Origin: an uncultured Jatrophihabitantaceae bacterium
GTDB lineage: Bacteria; Actinomycetota; Actinomycetes; Mycobacteriales; Jatrophihabitantaceae
Assembly: GCA_964236495.1 (NCBI GenBank)
Contig: CAXSBR010000002.1
Location: 54,471-118,470 of the forward strand
Length of the DNA: 64,000 bases
Direction: 5' to 3'
The translations under genes were made by a program, and so were the position numbers. Each line of letters opens with the position of its first letter. Positions within the stretch are counted from its first letter, which is position 1. This document shows, piece by piece, positions 13,994 to 22,752 of this stretch. The notes beneath the pieces are model-generated. The model did no database searches. It saw only the letters and a list, made by a program, of their open reading frames with translations, and had not been told where the DNA came from.

Positions 13994-15000
13994 GGGCCCT
14001 CCTCGGCGGCGCCCGCGACTGCGAGACCGGCACCGGCGGCAGTTCTGGCAATGTCGGCGGCACCGACCAGGCCGGCGTCCGGGCCGAGCTGAGCAAGCTC
14101 GATGCGGGCCAACGGGCGGTAACCGCGACCGGTCAGGCACTCGGCGAACATCTGGCGCGCCGGATCGAGCAGCAGCAGCTCGCCTGCCTGCGACACCCCG
14201 CCGCCGATCACGAAGACGTCCGGATCCAGCGCCGCGGCCAGATTGGCCAGGCCTCGGCCCAGCCAGCGCGCCATCGCGGTGTAGATCTCGATCGCGACCG
14301 GATCTCCGCTGCGCGCGGCGTCGGTGACGAGCTGGCCGGTGAGCCGGTTCAGGTCGCCACCGGCCAGGCGCATCAGTTCTCCCGCCGACACCGGTGACAC
14401 CTGCGCCAACTCCCGGGCATCGCGCGCCAGCGCCGAGCCAGACGCGTAGGTCTCCCAGCAGCCCCGGTTGCCACATGCGCAGCGATGGCCCTCCGGCACC
14501 ACCGTCATGTGCCCGAACTCGGCACCGACGCCGTAGGCGCCGCGCTGCAACACGCCGGCCGACACCAGCCCACCGCCGATGCCCGTACCGAGGGTGATGC
14601 AGACGGCGACCGAAGCACCGCGGGCGGCGCCGAAGCGGTATTCGGCCCACGCCGCGGCGTTGGCGTCGTTGTCGAGCACGATCGGCGCGTCGATGCGTTG
14701 ACGCAGAGCCGCTCGCAACGGCTCGTCACGCCAGGCCAGATGCGGGGAGAACAGCACAGTCGCCAGGTCGGTGGAAATCCAGCCCGCGGCGCCGATGCCT
14801 ACCGCGGCGATGTCGTGGCGAGCGGACAGGACGGTGACGACGTCGACGATGGCATCCTCGGTGCGAGCGACGTCCGCGCCAGGAGTGGGGCGGCGTTCCC
14901 GGTCGATGATCGAACCTGCTTCATCCACCACACCGGCGGCGATCTTCGTGCCGCCGATGTCGACGCCGATCGCCAGCCGCTGCCCGGTGTCGGGTCTCAC
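13990..15000 (-). CDS. glk: ROK family glucokinase
   Basis: The protein has IGVDIGGTKIAAG, LDNDANAAAWAE, GTGIGGG and the zinc motif GHRCACGNRGCWE. The start is set at the GTG at 15000 to avoid the fadD15 start region, so it is uncertain. Confidence 0.85.
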   Translation of the reverse strand: MRPDTGQRLAIGVDIGGTKIAAGVVDEAGSIIDRERRPTPGADVARTEDAIVDVVTVLSARHDIAAVGIGAAGWISTDLATVLFSPHLAWRDEPLRAALRQRIDAPIVLDNDANAAAWAEYRFGAARGASVAVCITLGTGIGGGLVSAGVLQRGAYGVGAEFGHMTVVPEGHRCACGNRGCWETYASGSALARDARELAQVSPVSAGELMRLAGGDLNRLTGQLVTDAARSGDPVAIEIYTAMARWLGRGLANLAAALDPDVFVIGGGVSQAGELLLLDPARQMFAECLTGRGYRPLARIELAQLGPDAGLVGAADIARTAAGAGLAVAGAAEEGP

Positions 15001-15247
15001 CGCAGCCCGCAGCAAGGAACGGGCGTCGACATATGCCGCACGATACCGGCGGATCGTCGCCGGACCCTGGGGCCGGATCGAGTTCTGCCAGCTCGACTGC
15101 CTGGTACCTGCGGCGAAGTCGCGTTGCGACGCCAATCCCCCACCGTCCCTATTACCGTGACGCAGGACATCGCCACTCCGGTGCTCTGTCTGCCGCACAG
15201 CCGCATGCCCGGCACTATCCGTCGATTCCGTAGGTAAGGACGCTTCT

Positions 15248-17128
15248 GTGCGTGAGTACTCAGTTCCGCCCGGCATCGCCGAACCCGCGCTGTCCCCGTC
15301 CTGCATCGGCGACTACGTCTTCGCCAACGCCGAGACGATGCCCGACCATCCGGTGATCCGCCGCCGATCCCCAGGCGAGCATCGAAGCGACGAAGGAGCG
15401 AGGAGCGGAGCTGGTAAATCGCCAACCGGTGAGCATCGAGGCGACGAAGGTTGGACTGCAGTGAGCGCGGCCCAGTTCGCCGCGGCGGTGCTGGCAGTGG
15501 CCCGCGGCCTGATCGGCAGCGGTATTGCCGCCGGCGACCGGGTCGCGGTGATGAGTCGAACTCGCTACGAGTGGACCGTCGTCGACTTCGCGGTGATGTC
15601 GGTCGGCGCGGTCACCGTGCCCGTCTACGAGACGTCGAGTGCCGAGCAGATCGAGTGGATCCTGTCCGATTCGGGGGCCAAGATCTGCTTCGTCGAGTCG
15701 ACAGCCCACCACGCAACCGTCACCGCCGTGCGCCAGCAGTTGCCGGCGCTGGAGCAGGTGTGGACATTCGACGAAGACGGCCTGGACGAAGCCGGGCGCG
15801 CCGGTTTCGCTGTCGACGACGCGCAAGTGCATCGACGCCGCGCAGCAGTGACGCCTGCGGACCTGGCGTCGATCATCTACACCTCGGGCACAACCGGACG
15901 GCCGAAGGGCTGCCGGCTGACTCACGCCAATTTCGCCGCAGAGGTCTCACACGTGGTGATCGGCCTGCGCGAGCTGTTCAACCCCGATTCCAGCACGCTG
16001 CTGTTCATTCCGATCGCGCACGTGTTCGGCCGGATGATCCAGGTCGGCGCGATCGCAACCGGCACGACGCTGGGCCACACCGCCGACCTCACCAAGCTGG
16101 TGGAGGACCTCGAGTCTTTCCAGCCGATATTCATCCTGAGCGTGCCGCGGGTGTTCGAAAAGGTGTTCAACACTGCCGCACAGACGGCGTATGCCGAGGG
16201 CAAAAGTCGCATCTTCGACCGTTCCGCCGACGTGGCGGTGGCCTATTCCCAGGCGCTGGACCGTCGCGGCGCGTCGCCGTGGTTGCACCTGCAGCACGAG
16301 GTGTTCGACCGGCTCGTCTACCGCAAGATCCGCGCTCGGCTCGGCGGCCAGTGTCGCGCCGCGATCTCTGGTGGCGCACCGCTGGGCGACCGGCTGGCAC
16401 ACTTCTTCCGCGGCATGGGTCTGACGATCTTCGAGGGATATGGGCTCACCGAGTCCACCGCGGGGGCGTGTGTGAACCTGCAGAACGCGCTGAAGATGGG
16501 CACGGTCGGCCGACCGATTCCGGGCATGAGCCTGCGTATCGCCGACGACGGGGAACTGCTGATGCGCGGCAACGTGATCTTCGACGGCTACTGGAACAAC
16601 GTCGAGGCAACCGCTGCAGCCTTCGACGCCGACGGCTGGTTCCTGACCGGAGACCTGGGTGAGATCGACGACGACGGCTACGTGCGCATCACCGGGCGCA
16701 AGAAGGAAATCATCGTCACCGCCAACGGCAAGAACGTGGCACCCGCGCTGCTGGAGGACCGGCTGCGGGCGCACTGGCTGGTGTCGCAGTGCCTCGTCGT
16801 CGGCGACGGCAGGCCGTTCGTCGGCGCGCTGATCACGCTGGATCGCGAGACGCTGCCGCTGTGGCTCAAGCGCAACGGGTACTCAGAGCAGACACCGGTC
16901 AGCGACGTGGTCGACAACGATGCTCTGCGCGCCGAGATCCAATTGGCAGTCGACGACGCGAACAAGGCGGTGTCGCGGGCGGAGTCGGTCCGCAAGTTCA
17001 CCATCCTGGCCGAGGACTGGACCGAAGCCGGTGGACAGGTCACAGCGTCTACGAAGCTCAAGCGGGCGGTTGTCAACCGAGAGTCCGCGGCCGAGATCGA
17101 CGCGCTCTACGCGGGTCCCCGGAGCTGA
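15248..17128 (+). CDS. fadD15: long-chain fatty-acid--CoA ligase (AMP-binding)
   Basis: GTG start giving MREYSVP (compare MREISVP of Rv2187) with AAGGA upstream. The protein has the IYTSGTTGRPKG and GYGLTE motifs. It contains an in-frame repeat insertion at 15374-15450. Confidence 0.9.
   Translation: MREYSVPPGIAEPALSPSCIGDYVFANAETMPDHPVIRRRSPGEHRSDEGARSGAGKSPTGEHRGDEGWTAVSAAQFAAAVLAVARGLIGSGIAAGDRVAVMSRTRYEWTVVDFAVMSVGAVTVPVYETSSAEQIEWILSDSGAKICFVESTAHHATVTAVRQQLPALEQVWTFDEDGLDEAGRAGFAVDDAQVHRRRAAVTPADLASIIYTSGTTGRPKGCRLTHANFAAEVSHVVIGLRELFNPDSSTLLFIPIAHVFGRMIQVGAIATGTTLGHTADLTKLVEDLESFQPIFILSVPRVFEKVFNTAAQTAYAEGKSRIFDRSADVAVAYSQALDRRGASPWLHLQHEVFDRLVYRKIRARLGGQCRAAISGGAPLGDRLAHFFRGMGLTIFEGYGLTESTAGACVNLQNALKMGTVGRPIPGMSLRIADDGELLMRGNVIFDGYWNNVEATAAAFDADGWFLTGDLGEIDDDGYVRITGRKKEIIVTANGKNVAPALLEDRLRAHWLVSQCLVVGDGRPFVGALITLDRETLPLWLKRNGYSEQTPVSDVVDNDALRAEIQLAVDDANKAVSRAESVRKFTILAEDWTEAGGQVTASTKLKRAVVNRESAAEIDALYAGPRS
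15374..15450 (+). repeat. MIRU-like repeat, 1.4 copies at 54-bp spacing, inside the fadD15 CDS
   Basis: GGCGAGCATCGAAGCGACGAAGGAGCGAGGAGCGGAGC followed by GGTGAGCATCGAGGCGACGAAGG is about 90% identical to the reverse complement of the 37595-37693 units. Unit starts at 15374 and 15428. Confidence 0.75.
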
Positions 17129-17153
17129 TACCCACTCTGGCGGGCAGTAGACA

Positions 17154-18359
17154 TCAGGCCTGCAACAGGGCGTTCAGCCGCGCCGACACCGCCGGCCATT
17201 GCCAGCTCTGCTCCACCCACGCGCGCCCGGCGTCACCCATGGCTCCACCGCGGACTGGATCGGCGAGCAGGCCGGCAACTGCGGCGGTGACCTCCTGCCG
17301 GGACCGGCCATCGACCACGATCCCGGTGCGTCCGTCGAGTACCGCGTCCGGCGCGCCGCCGGAGCGCCCGGCAACAACGGGCACTGCGCAGGCACTGGCC
17401 TCGAGATACACCATGCCCAGCCCCTCGACATCAAGGCCGCCCCGGCGGGTGCGGCACGGCATGGCGAACACATCCCCGGCCGCCAGGTGGGCGGGCAGTT
17501 CATCGTCGGAGATGGCGCCGGTGAAGGTGACCGAGCCCGCCACGCTGGCGGCACCAGCTCTACGTTCGAGGCTGCGCCGGTACCTGCCCTCTCCGACCAC
17601 CAACAGCCGAGCAGCCGGCACCTTGGCGAGAATGTCCGGCCACGCGTCGAGCAGGGCGTCCTGACCTTTACGCCGCACCAGTCGGGACACGCAGACGACG
17701 GTCGGTGCGGCGTCGAGGCTATAGCGTGCGCGCACGGCTGTCGCGTCGATGCCCGGCCGGAAGCGGTCGACGTCGACACCAGGAGCCAGGCGCTCCAGAT
17801 TCCCCGTTCCGTCCAGCGCGCGGGCCAGCTTGCCGCGGGTGTAGCCGCCGAGGTAAGTGACTACATCGACATTGCGCGCTATCCGGCGCAGCAGCGAGCG
17901 GGCAACCGGCAACTGCGCCCAGCCCGCTTCGTGCCCGTGGGTCGTTGCCACGATGCGCCGTGCTCCGGCTCGTCGCAGGGCCGGTGCGAGCAGGCCCAGG
18001 GGCGCCGCAGCGCCGAACCACACCGCCGTTGCGCTTTGCGAGCGCAGAAGTGCTACAACCTCGCGACGCACCCGCGGCGTAGGCAGCAGCACCGTGGATC
18101 GGTCGCGCACCACCGGAAACGGTTGGACGGCGTCGAAGTCTGCGGCCCCCGGATGACTCGATGCGTAGACCACCACCTGGGCCGGGTCAAGGCCGCGCAC
18201 CGCCTCATGGACGAAGGACTGGATACCCCCTACCCGCGGCGGGAAGTCGTTGGTAACCACCAGGATCCGACGCTTGTCTTCGGCCCGGCCCGTTGACGCA
18301 GCCGGGCTCGTTGACTCAGCGGCCGAAGGTGCACTCGCCGGACCCGGCGCGCGTGTCAT
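17154..18359 (-). CDS. pimB: GT4 glycosyltransferase, PimB'-like phosphatidylinositol mannoside mannosyltransferase
   Basis: ILVVTNDFPPRVGGIQSFV matches the Rv2188c N-terminus and a C-terminal EGLGMVYLEA GT4 motif is present. Synteny also supports the call. Confidence 0.85.
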   Translation of the reverse strand: MTRAPGPASAPSAAESTSPAASTGRAEDKRRILVVTNDFPPRVGGIQSFVHEAVRGLDPAQVVVYASSHPGAADFDAVQPFPVVRDRSTVLLPTPRVRREVVALLRSQSATAVWFGAAAPLGLLAPALRRAGARRIVATTHGHEAGWAQLPVARSLLRRIARNVDVVTYLGGYTRGKLARALDGTGNLERLAPGVDVDRFRPGIDATAVRARYSLDAAPTVVCVSRLVRRKGQDALLDAWPDILAKVPAARLLVVGEGRYRRSLERRAGAASVAGSVTFTGAISDDELPAHLAAGDVFAMPCRTRRGGLDVEGLGMVYLEASACAVPVVAGRSGGAPDAVLDGRTGIVVDGRSRQEVTAAVAGLLADPVRGGAMGDAGRAWVEQSWQWPAVSARLNALLQA

Positions 18360-18407
18360 ATCCGGGCTGCGGCTAGCGCAGCTTTGGCGTTGGCGTGTGC
18401 GCCGTTT

Positions 18408-19754
18408 TCAGAGCCGTACAGCCATGTTGTACGTGCCGGCGTGATCGACCGGCACGATCTTGACGACGTCGCCTGTCTGCGGCGCCGACACCACCAGCCC
18501 CTTGCCGATGTAGATCGCAACATGATGAATCGGGGAATAGTAGAAAACGAGGTCACCGGGCTCGAGCTGGCTCTTCGAGACACGGTGTCCCAAGTGCGAC
18601 TGCAGTCGGGATTGGTGCGGAATCGATTTGCCGGCAGCCCGCCACGCCGCTGCTGTCAGACCCGAGCAGTCGAACGTCTTGGGTCCTGAGGTGGCGTAGA
18701 CGTAGGGCTTGCCCAGCTGTGCCAGTGCATACCTGACAGCGATAGCGGCAGCCGACGACGGCGCGGAGCTACCGCCGCCCGAAGAGTTGCTACCCGACGA
18801 GTTGCTCGTGGACGTGCCACTGGACTTGTGACCCGACGAGTTCGTACCCGACGACGTACCGTTCGACGACGTGCCGTTCGACGACGTGCTACTCGAAGGC
18901 TCGGTGCTTGACGACGTGGCATCGGGCGAAGTGCCCGGCGAGCTGTTCGACGACGTGCTGCCGGCGGGCGGCTGCGAGGAGCTGCCGTCGGAAGACGGTG
19001 TGGACAGGGCGCCGACGCTTGCCAGCTCCTTCGTGGTGAGCCCCTGGCTCAACGGCTGCAGAAACGCGCGCTGCTGCTTGGCGTTCAACTGATCGAGCAG
19101 CTGGGCGTATTTCTTCTGTTGGGCCGCCAACGTGACGCGCTGGACTGCCAGTCCATCCCGCTTGGTCTTCGCCGCTGCCAGCAGCTGCGTGAGCCTCGCG
19201 CTCGCCTTGACCGACGCCAGCCGCGCGCGGTTCAGCTGCGTGGCCATCCCGGCTCGGCGGGTGGAGATCTGCTGCAGAGCGGTGGACTTGTCGAGGTAGT
19301 TCTGTCCCGACGTCGAGGTCAGCAGCGCCGACGTCTCGGGGAAGTTGCCTTCTTGGTATTGCGCCTGGAGGCTCAGCCGGACGTTGTCGAGGGCGGTCTG
19401 GTAGATGGCTGCCGATGTGCGAGCAGCAACCCTGCCAGCCTCGGCTTGAGCCTGCTTCGTACTGACTTCCACTACAGCCAGGTTGAAGTTCTCGGTCAAG
19501 ACCTCGTTGCGATTGCTCAGCGCCGTTAACCGAGCGGTAACCGACGCGATCGTTGCCGGCGCAGTCGGAGTGGCCTTGGGCGCGAGGTCACTTTTGGCGG
19601 CTGAGGAGGTTCCTGGAGCGGCACCGGGCGACGTGGAGGTCGGCGGTGCGGCCGAAGCGAGGGTGACAGCCGTTGCCGCAGCCGCCGTGAACGCAGTGAT
19701 GGCGATGCTCGCCGCTGCCGTTGCGCAACGATGCTTCAGTGTCGAGATGGCCAC
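18408..19754 (-). CDS. NlpC/P60 (C40) peptidoglycan endopeptidase with an N-terminal coiled-coil, RipC-like
   Basis: GTG start followed by a signal-like N-terminus and long coiled-coil. A Ser/Thr/Gly low-complexity linker precedes the C-terminal domain GKPYVYATSGPKTFDCSGL...HHVAIYIG. Confidence 0.9.
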   Translation of the reverse strand: MAISTLKHRCATAAASIAITAFTAAAATAVTLASAAPPTSTSPGAAPGTSSAAKSDLAPKATPTAPATIASVTARLTALSNRNEVLTENFNLAVVEVSTKQAQAEAGRVAARTSAAIYQTALDNVRLSLQAQYQEGNFPETSALLTSTSGQNYLDKSTALQQISTRRAGMATQLNRARLASVKASARLTQLLAAAKTKRDGLAVQRVTLAAQQKKYAQLLDQLNAKQQRAFLQPLSQGLTTKELASVGALSTPSSDGSSSQPPAGSTSSNSSPGTSPDATSSSTEPSSSTSSNGTSSNGTSSGTNSSGHKSSGTSTSNSSGSNSSGGGSSAPSSAAAIAVRYALAQLGKPYVYATSGPKTFDCSGLTAAAWRAAGKSIPHQSRLQSHLGHRVSKSQLEPGDLVFYYSPIHHVAIYIGKGLVVSAPQTGDVVKIVPVDHAGTYNMAVRL

Positions 19755-19774
19755 AGCCGGAAAAGCCCCATTCT

Positions 19775-19927
19775 TCCACCCGCCCGCCTACCGAGTTAGC
19801 TGACGGATTCGGGCTGCGGAAGTCGCCCTACCTCGGCGCGGCACACGCGTGCAATCGCTATGAGGATTCACCCCAGAAACATGGTTCCCCGGTTCGCAGC
19901 GTCTGTTCGCAGCGATTGGGCGGTGAC
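19775..19927 (-). promoter_or_regulatory. ydaO/yuaA-type cyclic-di-AMP riboswitch in the 5' leader of the NlpC/P60 gene
   Basis: The minus-strand RNA reads AAUCGCUGCGAA..CCGGGGAACC..GGGGUGAAUCCUCAUAGCGAUU..CCGAGGUAGGGCGAC..CCCGAAUCCGUCAGCUAACUCGGUAGGCG. It matches the conserved blocks I remember from the ydaO motif, including the 3' CCCGAAnCCGnCAGCUAAC block, and ends about 25 nt before the GTG at 19754. Confidence 0.75.
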
Positions 19928-20057
19928 TGCTCGGCGCCCATCCTGGACGGATGCGGCTGATCCGAAGGTCTCGGAAAGGTTACGACAACACCAGCGGTGA
20001 TCACAACCTGACCAGTGCCGCGCGCCGAGGGAGGTCGCTCTCTCACGTGGCCTGCGC

Positions 20058-20324
20058 TCATCCCGCCCGTGACCTCGGCCCCGACCGGTCGCCTGCGTCG
20101 GATCCCGCTCGCCCGCCCGACGCACTCCCGGATCGCTTGTCGAGCGCGTACACGGGAACCAGTCGTAGTGGCGGAGCCAGGCCGCCTTCTGCCAAGGCGG
20201 CGAAGGCCGCCGTTTCAGACTCGGTGAGGTCGGCGTAGCTGGCGGGCCGATCGATCAGCAGGCTGATCACACAGTCTGCGCAGTCGGTACCGCGCACCCG
20301 GCAGGTGTCGCAATCGATAAGCAT
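20058..20324 (-). CDS. small hypothetical protein with a four-Cys N-terminus
   Basis: ATG at 20324 with GGAAGGAGAA upstream. 88 aa beginning MLIDCDTCRVRGTDCADCVISLLI (CxxC-x6-CxxC). Confidence 0.55.
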   Translation of the reverse strand: MLIDCDTCRVRGTDCADCVISLLIDRPASYADLTESETAAFAALAEGGLAPPLRLVPVYALDKRSGSASGGRAGSDAGDRSGPRSRAG

Positions 20325-20550
20325 GGCCTCTGGTTCTCCTTCCCCCCGGGCAGCGCCGGTGCGCCGAGTTCGGTGCACAGCCCGCCCGCGTCGTCGAGTC
20401 CATCTCGACGACGACGCGACCGTAGGACGCGCCTCTGACACTTTCGGGCGCATCAAGGGAATCGAGGGCATGTTCGACGACGAAACGCCGGATCGACGAA
20501 AGGCCAGACCGCGGGAATACCAGACAGCAGAAACGCCAGGCCGACAAAAA

Positions 20551-20572
20551 TGTCAGACCGGTTTTCTACCGT
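20551..20572 (+). promoter_or_regulatory. candidate RecA-NDp / PafBC-type promoter (TGTCAGAC-N8-TACCGT) giving a leaderless transcript
   Basis: The recalled motif is TGTCRGTG-N8-TANNNT. Here 6 of 8 upstream positions match and the -10 is exact. The -10 ends six nt before the ATG at 20579, so a leaderless start is implied. Confidence 0.35.
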
Positions 20573-20578
20573 GCGCCC

Positions 20579-22378
20579 ATGAAGACCGACCCCGGCCTGA
20601 ACACCGGCACTGCTGCACGGCTAGGCCGCCAAACCAGCCTGGACGAGCTGGACGAGCCGCTGCACCGCACCACTTTCGTCGTTGTCGACCTGGAGACGAC
20701 CGGCGGCGCCGCTGGCCACGACGCGATCACCGAGATCGGAGCGGTGAAGGTGCTCGGCGGCGAGGTACTCGGCGAATTGCAGACCCTGGTGGATCCCGGC
20801 CGTGGCATCACGCCGTTCGTCACCGTGCTGACCGGAATCACCGACGCCATGGTGATGGGCGCTCCGTGCGTGGACGAGGTACTGAGCGCGTTTCTCGAGT
20901 TCGCCCGCGGTGCGGTGTTGGTGGCACACAACGCTCCGTTCGACGTGGGGTTCCTGAAGGCGGCGTGCACAGCGTCCGGGCGCGCGTGGCCCAAGCCAGC
21001 CGTGGTGGACACCGCCGTGCTCGCACGGCGCATCCTGACCAGTGACGAGGTGCGTAATTGCAAGCTGAGCACTCTGGCCGCCTTCTTCGGTGCTCACACA
21101 GTGCCGAATCACCGCGCGCTTGCCGACGCGCGAGCGACCGTGGACGTGCTCCACGGGCTCCTCTCCCGCCTCGGCGGACTGGGCGTGCAATCGCTGCCTG
21201 AACTGCGCTCGTTCACCGCGCAGGTAAGCCCGGCACAGCGCCGTAAGCGCCACCTGGGTGCCCACCTTCCCGACGCGCCGGGGGTATACATCTTCCGCGA
21301 CGCGCGCGGAGAACCGCTGTACGTAGGCACCAGCAAGGCGCTGCGGACCCGGGTGCGGCAGTATTTCGTCGCCAGCGAGACCCGCAGTCGAATGGGCGAG
21401 ATGGTGGGGCTCGCCGAACGGGTGGATGGTATCGAGTGCGCCCACGCCCTGGAGGCCCAGGTGCGGGAACTGCGACTGATCGCTGCGCACAAGCCTCGGT
21501 ACAACAAGCGCTCGAAGTATCCCGAGCGGGCCTGGTGGTTGAAGTTGACGGTCGAGGCTTACCCGCGGCTGTCGATCGTGGTCGACGTGCGCGACGACGG
21601 AGCGGCCTACCTCGGTCCACTACGGTCGCGCAGCCAAGCCGAATCGGTCCGCGATGCGCTGCACGAGGCGGTTCCGCTGCGTCAATGCACTGATCGGCTC
21701 AGTATCACCCGGGTGGTGCGGGCGGCGTGCGCGCTGGCCGGCATGGACAGGTGTCCAGCGCCGTGTGAACACCGAATCGCTCGTGTCGAGTATCTGGAAC
21801 TCAGCGCCGCGATGACGGCGGCCTGGCAAGCCGACGTCACGCCGCTGGTGGCGCCGCTGCAGCAGCGGCTGACGCGGTTGGCACAGCAGCAGCGTTTCGA
21901 AGAAGCTGCGCTGGTGCGCGACCGGCTTGCCGCTGTCATCCGCGCCTGCGCCCGGCTGCAGCGGCTGCGCTCTTTGACAGACATCGCCGAGCTCGTTGCG
22001 GGCCGGCCGGACGGCAACGGTGGCTGGGAACTGTCAGTGGTTCGCTACGGTCGCCTGGCCGCGGCAGGCCACGCCCCGCGTGGGATGTCGCCGTTCCCGA
22101 TGCTCGACTCGCTCGTGTGCACCGCCGATGCCGTCCAGCCCGGGCCATCTCCGCTGCGAGCTGCACTGGCTGAGGAGACCGAGTGCGTGCTGCACTGGCT
22201 GGAAGAACCCGGCACGCGCCTGATCAGCGCGTCTGCAGGATGGGCGATGCCCGCGTGGGGTGCGGGGCGACTGAGGCCGCTGACCGATTCGGTGGCCACG
22301 GCGCGCCAGGCTGCGACGCCGTTCGCGGATCGACGCAGTCTGCGAATCTCGAGCCGTCCCGTCCGGGTTCACTCGTGA
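20579..22378 (+). CDS. DEDD (DnaQ-like) exonuclease fused to a GIY-YIG/UvrC-like domain (Rv2191 family)
   Basis: 599 aa. It contains FVVVDLETTGG and HNAPFDVGFL exonuclease motifs, then GVYIFRD...PLYVGTS...LRTRVRQYF of the GIY-YIG domain. Confidence 0.9.
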   Translation: MKTDPGLNTGTAARLGRQTSLDELDEPLHRTTFVVVDLETTGGAAGHDAITEIGAVKVLGGEVLGELQTLVDPGRGITPFVTVLTGITDAMVMGAPCVDEVLSAFLEFARGAVLVAHNAPFDVGFLKAACTASGRAWPKPAVVDTAVLARRILTSDEVRNCKLSTLAAFFGAHTVPNHRALADARATVDVLHGLLSRLGGLGVQSLPELRSFTAQVSPAQRRKRHLGAHLPDAPGVYIFRDARGEPLYVGTSKALRTRVRQYFVASETRSRMGEMVGLAERVDGIECAHALEAQVRELRLIAAHKPRYNKRSKYPERAWWLKLTVEAYPRLSIVVDVRDDGAAYLGPLRSRSQAESVRDALHEAVPLRQCTDRLSITRVVRAACALAGMDRCPAPCEHRIARVEYLELSAAMTAAWQADVTPLVAPLQQRLTRLAQQQRFEEAALVRDRLAAVIRACARLQRLRSLTDIAELVAGRPDGNGGWELSVVRYGRLAAAGHAPRGMSPFPMLDSLVCTADAVQPGPSPLRAALAEETECVLHWLEEPGTRLISASAGWAMPAWGAGRLRPLTDSVATARQAATPFADRRSLRISSRPVRVHS

Positions 22379-22437
22379 CCAGCGTTGCCCGCACACACGC
22401 CGGCGCTCCCCGGCAGCCTGGGACCAGAAGCGACCAG

Positions 22438-22719
22438 CTATTCGTCGGCGCCGATGGAGAACGCGGCGTCGAGGTCGTGGCGGGAGTATGCGCGAAAGGC
22501 GACGTGGGTGCCGGTGTGCAGTACACCGGACACCTTGCTGATCCGGCCCGCGATCACCTGCGCGATCTGCTCGAACTCGCGTACCCGCACCACGGCGATC
22601 AGGTCGATCTCGCCGGCAACGGAGTACACCTCGCTGACGCCCTCGATGCCGGCGATCTCCTCCGCCACCTCGGGAATGCGGTCGCTTTCGACGGCGATCA
22701 TGACAATGGTGGTGATCAC
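22438..22719 (-). CDS. stand-alone Lrp/AsnC ligand-binding (RAM) domain protein
   Basis: 93 aa with a GTG start. The pattern IPEVAEEIAGIEGVSEVYSVAGEIDLIAVVRV is typical of the RAM domain, and no HTH is present. Confidence 0.8.
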   Translation of the reverse strand: MITTIVMIAVESDRIPEVAEEIAGIEGVSEVYSVAGEIDLIAVVRVREFEQIAQVIAGRISKVSGVLHTGTHVAFRAYSRHDLDAAFSIGADE

Positions 22720-22752
22720 GATGTCAGCTTAGGACGCCCGCTCAGGGCGCAC

